Assembly (NCBI GenBank): GCA_037379345.1
Contig: CM074517.1
Location: 43,690,500 to 43,754,499 of the forward strand
Reading direction: 5' to 3'
DNA length: 64,000 bases
From: Perna viridis
Taxonomy: Eukaryota
Shown: piece after piece, positions 54,130 to 64,000 of the stretch
How positions within the stretch are numbered: the stretch's first letter is position 1
Layout: every line of letters begins with the position of its first letter
Program-made: the position numbers and the translations under genes
The notes under the pieces: model-generated
Databases searched by the model: none
Seen by the model: the letters and a program-made list of their open reading frames with translations, nothing else
What the model was told of the DNA's origin: nothing

Positions 54130-54428
54130 CAAGACATGGCAAAATTCGTCAGACTATCGGATATGATCGGTACTTTTAACCGCTGGACTGGTAAAATTTG
54201 TGTGATTTCCGGACCAGATGTCCGGTACGTTTTTTTTTTATTATTATTATACACGCCGGTTTAAAGATGGCGTCTGAATCAAGGCAAATTTAAATTTTGT
54301 TTTTGTTTTTGTTTTATTTTTTTAGTTTTTTTTTTTTTGGTCCTGCAGATAACTGTTCAGTCCAGCAGATTTTTTTAGGTTGCCGGACCAAATGTCCGAC
54401 AGATTGAAAAATGATTTCGCCAGGTCTG
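54130..54428. mobile_element. CpG-rich non-autonomous TIR element, possibly hAT-like
   Basis: Left aagacatggcaaaat vs right reverse complement cagacctggcgaaat (12/15); flanks cggagcag / agaagcag (6/8); subterminal ccggacca.atgtccg twice. Confidence 0.55.
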
Positions 54429-54507
54429 AGAAGCAGGTTTTAGGTTGGTATATGATGCAGTTAGGGATGAGTTTGCCAATTTCTTATCCATTATTACTTT
54501 TCTTTCA

Positions 54508-54538
<31 letters not shown>

Positions 54539-55747
54539 TTTTATTTTTTATTTTTTTTTGGGGGGGGGGATTGAAGATTTTTCATTATTAATAATATTGG
54601 AGAAAATATCGATATCAAATGTCAAAAACTGCATCTCAATGATGTTGAGGATTATCTGTATCATTTGTGTTCATAACCTGTATGACCAGTTAAATTGTCA
54701 AGACAAATATAATTTCTGCTTAAGGTGACATATAACAAATGTTATCATTTTACACTTCAGCTATTCTGGGTTTAGTTCAAAGCATGAATATAGTAACATG
54801 GGCATGTCATAGTGTTTTCAACTTGTCAAAAATATTTTACAAATATGGCACCTTCTGCTTTCCTTAGAAGTTATTACTCATCACCAACATAGAACAACTC
54901 ATACAACAGTATCAAGACAGTCTTTGGCAATGCCAAGTAATATCCAGAAGACACAACCAAAACATTTTTATGAATTATAACAGCCAAATCAGACAGAATT
55001 ATGTAACCAAAACAACAAAGATGATTAACAACCATTGTTCTGCATCTACAATTGCCAATAATAAAATCTGCAGAGAATACCTTCACTGTGCAGATAATGC
55101 AACTATTATAATATGGCACCAATAATCATTCTGAAGCTGTGTATTTATGTTGGCAAAATGTTCCGTCAAATATGCATAAAAACCCACAGGTATGCAGACT
55201 GATAAATCTGAGATAGTGCATTCTATTTTTGATTTTGAGGCTTTTTGAAACTTTCAGGGCAGATACAAGTTTTCAGCTTAAAATCACATTGGGCCTTTTA
55301 TATTTCTAGATTAATATCATAATTAATCTTCAAAATATACCAATGTTTATATTCTGGTTGGTAACAAGCAAAAGATTATGTAACCAGTGCCACAAAACAT
55401 AATTTGTAAACCAAATAAGGACCTTAATACAGATTAAATGAAGAACAGAAAAAATGCAAGAAAGCAATGTCCTTCATGAATTTCCTAAGTTAAAATAACA
55501 TCTTTTTTCATAATGCACACTCATAAAATGTCCACCTTACAAGAATAAGACAATGAGGTTCAGTTGGAATTCATTATAAATATTATCATCTTTAACAAAA
55601 ATCTAATATCTTCAAAACATGAGGTCTTCTTCAAATTAAAAATATGGAAGATAAGAGAGAAAAATTAATGCAAAGCCCTTTGGCCAACAGTTGCCCAAAA
55701 GTCCTTACAAAGGTCTGTCTGATATAAATTGAAATTGTTCATCTTAC

Positions 55748-55797
55748 CTGTAGAGCCTAGAAAGGTACTCCTCACTGTCCATTTCAGAAACTGACAT
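55748..55797 (-). CDS. Candidate alternative first coding exon A (MSVSEMDSEEYLSRLY-R)
   Basis: gaccaaaATG context, 16 codons plus AG, strong donor CAG|gtaaga, phase 2 matches the acceptor at 40549. Confidence 0.65.
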
Positions 55798-58700
55798 TTT
55801 GGTCTTTAAAAAACTCAATGAAAAATCAAAAAATTAATTATCCATCAAAACCAAACAAACTGTTTCTTCTTGCTGTTGTTTTCAGTTCTATCATCTGGCA
55901 CAGAGGAAACCTGTTTTTTCCTTATCAGAGGTAAAATTGTAATTCAAAACTGAGCAGTGGAAATACACTCAAAATATCTCAAACTGACTAGAAAATCTAT
56001 CTCTCTTTATCTCAAAGGAAAATTTGATAAATCAATTTTTTCTACACAGAGAGATGAGTTCATTTCTTCTGATATACTAAGTCCAATAGAAAATTCTGGG
56101 AGATAAGATCCACAAAACATTATGTAGTATCAATAATTGTTAACAAAATTATCAATCCTGAGTATGATATAGCACAAATGTTCCCTAAATGTGTATAAGC
56201 TGTTTCTGATATTTCTGTCTTGATTTTTCACATCAAAATCATGCTTTATCTTTTCTGCCTATTGTTTCACTAATCCACCTCACTGATTAAGACAGAACTA
56301 CAAATGCTGACAAGAACTTTCACACAAAACTACCAAGTAATTCCCTGCCTTAATCATCAAACAGAATGTTACTACAAGTTACACAAATAAAACACAAAGA
56401 ACAGGAATAACATTTGTATTACCATGATCCATTAACAGCAAAGTTCAGAAACTTCACAAAAAAAAAGAATTTACACAACAAAACATACAGTTCAGACTCA
56501 GAATGTTTCTTCAAGATGTGTAAGGCAAGTTAACACAAACATCCTCCAGAAGTTGCTTCATAGAAATGGATTGTCTATTAATTTGGTTTTATACACATCC
56601 ACAAATAATTATTAAGTTCAGAAATTCAAACTTCTCAAAGGCACAAAATTATCTTGATTCCAACACACAAGTATGAAGTAATGAACTTTTGCAGAGTAAT
56701 TAGAATTTAAGAAAAAAGATCTTCTTCTGGAATATTTAACCCTTCATAGATAATAGCTGAGATTTTGGAGAACTCATCCACAGGTACTCAGCAAGAGCCA
56801 TCAATCTCTGGCCAAAACCTTGGCCAACACAGACATCTATAACAGTACTGCCCTAATAGATGGCCATCCTAAGCACTGTGTATATATCCATCATACTTTC
56901 TCTCATCCAAGCTACATAATGATATAGTGGCTGGGGCCAACAGTTAATAATAATGTAATGTATACTTGACCTCGGGAGAAAATTCTTCTTTAGTAACATG
57001 ATGTGTTCAAGTGCAGTACATGTAGTAAGGCCATATGTGAACAATTCTTTGTTTTTACTATCCCTATAGGCCATATGCAAATATTTCACAGTCATGATTT
57101 TGATGTTATTCTGATGGGCTTCAAATACAAAATAAATAACAATAAAGCTTCGAATTTCCATTGAAAGTCAGACCAAACAATAAAATTTAAAAACATGAAA
57201 AATATTTTCTCGACCATGCCTGTGAGACAGTCTGTTTGTCTGTCCTAAAAATGTTTTTAATGACTTACTTTCTGTACTGTCAACTATGTAAAAGAAAGAT
57301 CTACTAAGTATTTCATTTAACAAATAAAAATTGCAAGCTATCAAAACAGTCTCAATCATAAATTCTGGAATTTAGAGAACTATTTAATTCATGTAAGTAA
57401 TTCAATTGTTGGATATGACATCAAACAAAATGATTACAGTACATATTTTTGTGATCTCTACAAAAAATGGCATGATGCAGCAAGAGACGTTGGGAAAATG
57501 CCTATAAGACCAAGATTTCAAGGTCTGATCAAACCACAACATGAGGTAATATTTTTTAAGGATTAAGAAGGAAAATTGAAAAAAAGATGGGGGAGAACTA
57601 CAAAAACAGCTAAAGGGTGTGAACAAGACCTGGGTGAGATAGAAAAAATGGTAAAAGATAGATCCAGATAGAAAACCTTTATTGATTCTAAATATGTTGA
57701 GGGCATTATGGGTGGTAAGTGTGCATTAACTTGACAAGTAATCAAGTACCATATTATTGTAATGTAGTGGCTTTGCCCCAAAGTCGGTGAAAAAAGAATA
57801 CTGAATAGTACTGCATAGATATGTAAGTCTGTGTAATTTAATTAACCATACTTAGTAAACAATAACAAGAAATTCTCTTATGTTAAATTGCAAAACATAA
57901 TTAACCTTGTTATCATATTATTATAACCTTACATGTATGAAATGACTAGATAAAGTCTCATGTGGAACAAACTGAACACTAATGATCCTTAACAATGCTG
58001 ACATTAATGTCAATTAAGACAAAGAAACCCAGCTGGAGTTCCATATTAGATGTGTAAAAACAAATCGTACAAAGCTAAACAGTTATTGCAGCATAGCTTT
58101 CAATGCTGAGTTCAGGAAGGAATACATTATGTTAGAAAATAAATAAATAAAATTCCTACCTCAAACTTGTGAACAAATAATCCTAAGCACAAATTTAAAC
58201 CTGTTCCATGTGACTTTTTTCAAAATTTAACAACTTCCCTCCTTTTGTTTTCTCAGAACAATTTCCCATCTGGTTGAAATTTAATATCTAAACACCAAAT
58301 GGTTTTATCTTGATAAAATTTGAAATAATTGAAAACACTCAAAAAGTGTACAACCTCACCAGGAAACAGTTTTCTCACTTCCCCCTAACCCAATTATCCT
58401 CAATGAACTTATAGATTTATGATTATCAAATTAATAAAGCATAACAAATCAAATCTACAGGTCTATTATTTTGATACCGAGATTATCAAATAGAATGTCT
58501 GGAAGCATGTTCCTGCTGTGTGGTGTCAAAGATTTTAATCTGTAAAGATGATGGAAGACAACTGCCATGAAAAGGTACATTCAGTCCCATGGTGCTGTTG
58601 AAAACACAACAGAAATGGGTTGGAGAAGAAATGCATTCAGATTTGGTTGATAATAAAGTCTGTGAAGCCGGTTGATGGAAAAGTGCATTCTGTGATATGA

Positions 58701-59150
58701 TGCCATTGGGTAGAAAATAAAGTTTGTTCAGTGGTTTGGTAGGAAAGTGCATTCTGACAAAAAATGCAGAGGAGGAGGGGGGGGGGGGGGAACAATTGCA
58801 GTTGGTTTAAAAAGTAAGTCAGGTGATGCCCAGTATAAACAACTGCACTAGAGCTGTAAGAAGTGTGTCCAGTTCCTTGATGTTAAAGGAAAATATATAA
58901 CAAGAATAGGTATGGTGTATATGTCAAAGAGAAAACAACCTAAACAGCATGAAAATGTCAGCCCAAGGTCATCCATTGGGTCTTAAATGAACAACAAGAA
59001 AATTCTCGTACCACAGGGTGGGTTATTGCTGGACCAAAACATCATTATACATAGGTACAGCAAAAAGACTTTCCCCTATATACTAAAGTAAAATAGTTTG
59101 GTTGTTTCAAGCAAAACAAAGAAACAAACACGGCATACAATTCTTAAAAG

Positions 59151-59704
59151 GAGAGGACAAGTAAGACAGCTCTCAAGAAACAACAGCTCACTAACACAGA
59201 GAACAGCACAGAGGATAAAGGCAGAGCTAATGAGAAGACAAGTAAGACAGCTCTCAAGAAACAACAACTCACTAACACAGAGAACAGCATTGAGGATAGA
59301 GGCAGAGCTAAGAAGAGGACCAGTAAGACAGCTCTCAAGAAACAACTCTCAAACACAGAGAACAGCACAAAAGATAAAGGCAGAGCTAATGAGAGGACAA
59401 GTAAGACAGCTCTCAAGAAACAACTCTCTAACACAGAGAACAGCACAGAGGATAAAGGCAGAGCTAATGAGAAGACAAGTAAGACAGCTCTCAAGAAACA
59501 ACAACTCACTAACACAGAGAACAGCATTGAGGATAGAGGCAGAGCTAAGAAGAGGACCAGTAAGACAGCTCTCAAGAAACAACTCTCAAACACAGAGAAC
59601 AGCACAAAGGATAAAGGCAGAGCTAATGAGAGGACAAGTAAGACAGCTCTCAAGAAACAACTCTCTAACACAGAGAACAGCACACAGGATAAAGGCAGAG
59701 CTAA
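59151..59704. repeat. Minisatellite of 78/81-bp units, about 7 copies, 237-bp three-unit higher-order period
   Basis: Unit starts at 59153, 59234, 59315, 59393, 59471, 59552, 59630. Confidence 0.95.
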
Positions 59705-61034
59705 GTTTCAGAAATAAAACAACACTGAACATTCAAATGAGAAAATCCACAATGGGCATTCAAGGTTTACAGCTTTGTGTATATAATTTTAAAACTGTCT
59801 TCACTTAGAAAAAAAATTCTGCATCCAGATGCATCCCTGTTCAGGCAAATTAAGATTACGTAATGTGTATCTTTCTGTTGATTTAAATTTGATTATCAAA
59901 TTTCATGATAAGGAAATTTTAAAAATAGGTACCTACAGCATTGTCAGAATTATAACAAATCTTAAAGTTCTCAAGCAACCAACAAAAATGAGGTAAATTC
60001 AGGGAAGTAAAAACAGTTAAGAACCACTTCAGGGCTATCAATACCTGTAACAGGTGCCCTAATATTTATTTAGCATTAAAACAGTAGGCTACTTACTCCT
60101 CATCAAAACACTCTCATATATATCGAACTATCAAATGACCACTAAATACATCAGAATCATCAGAAAGCTTGACAGAACACTGCACCATCCATCATTTTTC
60201 TGCATTATTTATAAAGGTAACTAATTGATTATTTTCTAACCAAATAAAACTCAAAGAAGATTGATTTTCTTAATGGTTTTCTTTGGCTTCTAAAAGATCT
60301 CATAAAAAATAATTTTAGAAATAAGAAGAAAACATAATTAGGTGCAGAAAACTCAAGTGTTTTAATCAATGATTCTGCAGCACAGTGAGAACAAGAATGT
60401 CTGGATATAAGCAAATTTCCATATAACAAATCATAAAACAAAACTGTAACATTTATTTAGGTGCTTTAATTGAAGAATAAAAAGGCAAGAAAATGCTTAT
60501 TGATTTGTATGAAGTATGATATCAGTCCCCATAAAACCAAACATGCCTACCTTGGACTAGGGGCTGCTACACCTGTCACATAGATCTGGAGAAACTACAG
60601 TATGTACATTGATGTTGGACAACTACATGGCTTAAAGATTCATACAAGTCACTTTATCTCCATGACAGGTGGCAATAAGATGAAAATCAGATGTATGATC
60701 TTAATGACCAGTCTACCATACAAATTAAACCTAACAATGATTTATACAGGAGCCTGGCAATGACAATATCCTGTCAATTGTAAATCAATAACATCACATG
60801 GCTACATTCTCAAGACAGGGCTTGGTTTATTTGTCAAAGATGCAACACAGCACTTCAAATAATGTGAAAAGAAACTCACTAAGAACCAGGCTTTGACATC
60901 AGCACAACCCAAATAGCCTAAGCTTCAAAGTATGGGCAGGATTAGGCAAAAGCTTCATTAGCAGTAGAATACAGTTATGATTTTTGGATAGTGGTCTGAG
61001 TAAGAGTAAAAAGGTAGAATATCTAGGGGAGAAT

Positions 61035-61199
61035 CAGGGGTTTCATTTTTTTTGCATTGCAGGTACCTTTAGCTTTTGTAGGAGGTACTTTTCATCATTT
61101 TGTTTAATAAAAATGTATGAACTTATAAAATTCTGGAGGTATCTTTCATTAGTTTAGAAGGGTAAAAGTACCTGATACCGCCTCTTAATGAAAGGCCTG
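61035..61199. mobile_element. Short TIR element
   Basis: CAGGGGTTTCATT ... AATGAAAGGCCTG (11/13 inverted match); no clear target-site duplication. Confidence 0.5.
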
Positions 61200-64000
61200 A
61201 AGAAAGGGTGAAAAATGGATAAAATACTACCCAATTTAAAAAGGAAAGAATCTACAACTCCTCTCCTGGTGAATGATCAACAATCACTTTTTTTTTTCTC
61301 AAACATTCCAATCCTTCATTGGTCTCTAAACTCTTCTAGTAATCAAATTTAAATTCTCTTAACCACATATATAGTCTCCCAGATCTTGATAAATGAGCAT
61401 GTCCCACCAGAACAGCTAAAACCCTGAGTGCAATCTTTACCCATTTGTATACCATGTCAACAGTCAATTAATCAATGACCATTTAATGCCAGGTGGCAGC
61501 ATATAATCAGATTTGGGGTCTATGATTAATATTTATTGACTTGTTAATAGGGGAATTTTTCATCTTCTCAATGTAAAGACATATCAAGCATCTTGTTTGA
61601 CAGAGCCCTACAAAAAGGATTTTGTTTTCTGTGTAAATGCTAAATTCTGTACAAAATGGCATATTCATGGTCACATGACCCAATTTCCATACTGAAAAAT
61701 GCTTTGAAGTAAACCTGAATCTAAACCAAGATCCACATACTTGAATTTAAAACCAGATCATACCAATAACAGTTGATCCAATGCAAAAAAAAAACAAACT
61801 TCACAGAAACATACTGAAAATCAAAGAGGAAAAGTATAAAATCTTAAATATTTAGAAAATATACCACAAAAATTCATTTTCTCCTTTTCAAAATACCCCT
61901 TAACTTGAATTCCTAGATATACTCATAAGGCAACACATTCTTCAATGAAAATCAATTTATGGCCACTAACTGCCTTAAACAGTAAACATTTTTGTTTATT
62001 TACAATTCGTTACTCTATACAAGTTCTGATGAAATATAAAAGAATGAAACATCTATTTGTTGATTGTTAGTCTGTTCATTGATAATGGGTTAATGCCCTT
62101 TATATCAATTTCCTCTAACACACACCTCATTAACCATAATACTACCTTAGATAGAAGTGTGAAAAATAAATATCCCACACACGACATGTATGATCCCTTC
62201 GATCAAAATTAAAAGGTCGCTGATCTCAACAAGAATATCCTAGCAGGGTCGAGTCACATCTAGTGTACTGAACACAGCTTGCGTGTCACACTTGTCTCCC
62301 TATTGATTTTACATAAATATGATCATAAAAAGATTTCCCTTGAGAATGAGAAAGCCAATATAGGATTATGAAGTCCCTTGTTTGCTAAGATGCCGCCAAG
62401 GGTCTGGTAAGTTATTGTTGTGCAAAAAATATGATTTCTTCTACAAAATTTCTTATTTCTGATTCATTGGATTCTCACAAAATGTTTCATAGGGAATGAT
62501 CTAAACCATAAAATTCAATTTTCTCACTAAAGAATCAATTTTAACATATTGTATTCGACTGAGTTCCCTGGATGGATGTAATGTTAGGCAATAATGGCTA
62601 TGAGGTACTCAAGATTAAGTTTTTCTGAACTTTTACAGACTTGATCAATTTCTCTAACATATATTTCTTTGATTGGAGCTTTATCAAGTCATTAGCAACC
62701 TCTCCATAAATATTTTGATGTTGCTCCAAATCATTAATGACTTTTCATAATATGTTACGTCATTTTCAGTGCAAAATGCATCCAAATCTAAGAAGACCTT
62801 TGTAATTGTGAAACTTATTTATTTATTTTCTGAGTAATTCCAGGTGTTGTAAATTAACCATTTGCCTTGAATCACAGCACACACTGCCATCTCAAGGTAG
62901 AAACCAGCCAAATATCAGGAAGAGTGTACTTCAGCAGAAAAGGCATTACTTAGGAGAATAGTGTCTAAAATATGACATAAGCTATTACAGGAGAAAACAA
63001 AGACTATTGGCGGTGGTGCATCAAGAATTCAGGTTAGAGGGGTATCAGCAGTGAGACAGAAAAATTTGGTAAAGAGTGGGTAAAATTTGTGAAAAAAATT
63101 CCAGACTTCATGTAAAAATAATAATAAAAAGAATGTTTCCACAATTTTTTATTTTTTTATTTTTATTTAATTATTTTTTTTTTTTATTTTTTTTTTTTTG
63201 GGGGGGAGGGTTGGAACCTGCCATGAATCTACACCCTGGTTTGTTGTAGAATGGCAGAATAAACAACAAGGATAAAACTACATACGCCGTAACTTTTTTG
63301 TTGGTGAGGACATTAAAATTTTGGACTGAAAATATGCCCTTTTATGCAAATGCATAAGTAAATGTTAGGCTCCAGTGTCTATTCATAGTTTGGTCCATTA
63401 ACTATTTAAGGAACCAAACAAAATGTTAACATTTTATAGTACACTCTAAACCCTTAAAATATTCTTCAGCTGCTCAAATTCACTAATGACTTTTCTAAAT
63501 AGATTACATCATGTTGAAGACAGACTGAATCTAAACCCCTGAGGACTTTGTAATAGTGAAACCATAACATCATTTTGACTGAAGAATTCCAGGTGTTACA
63601 ACCAAAAGAAAGAATGAATCATCCTGAACTTTTCCCTCCAAACCAATTGTCTTTCTAATCATTCTGGAATTACCATTTTTCAAGGAATGGCATATTTGTT
63701 TTGATTATAATGATTCAGGCTTTTGCAAAAAATCATCTAAACATTGATTTAAAAATTTGAAATGTTTTTCCAAGAGCTCTGCCTAATCTACTGTTCATCA
63801 ATAGAATGCACATGGTAATTGTTGCCTGCATCAAGATGAAAAGGGACAGACATTGGTGGTTCACATTGACTTTGCCCAAGTTTTCCTACTGCCAGAGATA
63901 GATAAAACACAAGTTTACCACACAAAAATACTCAGCACTAAATTATGGAAGCAATTTTAAAAAAAAAAAAACAAAAAAAAAACAATGTCTTACTTGCTGT

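Overview
AT-rich eukaryotic (metazoan) genomic DNA; the repeat types and intron style suggest a bivalve mollusc, which is inference. The main feature is a multi-exon minus-strand gene for a SynGAP/DAB2IP/RASAL2(nGAP)-family Ras GTPase-activating protein. I assembled 15 phase-compatible GT-AG coding exons from 40549 down to the stop at 23809 (about 1139 codons). They encode the C-terminal half of the PH domain, C2, RasGAP, a 472-codon Ser-rich exon and a coiled coil, ending ...EFKTSSC*. Seven of these exons are missing from the ORF track. The 5' PH exon(s) were not found and probably lie beyond 64000. The most interesting signals point to an isoform system. At the 5' end, three candidate alternative starts share a CAAAATG context and read in frame with the 40549 exon (55797, 45076, 40641); a twin-CCAAT exon and an AP-1 cluster lie in the same region. 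In the last intron, a 20-nt frameshifting microexon followed by three GCATG (RBFOX-type) motifs, and a separate intron read-through, would each truncate the coiled coil at the junction where vertebrate SynGAP-beta diverges. The rest is intronic or intergenic: two minisatellites with higher-order structure, DINE-1/HINE-like elements, several MITEs, a fold-back MITE and a LINE 3' remnant. No prokaryotic systems, CRISPR arrays, rRNA or tRNA were seen.
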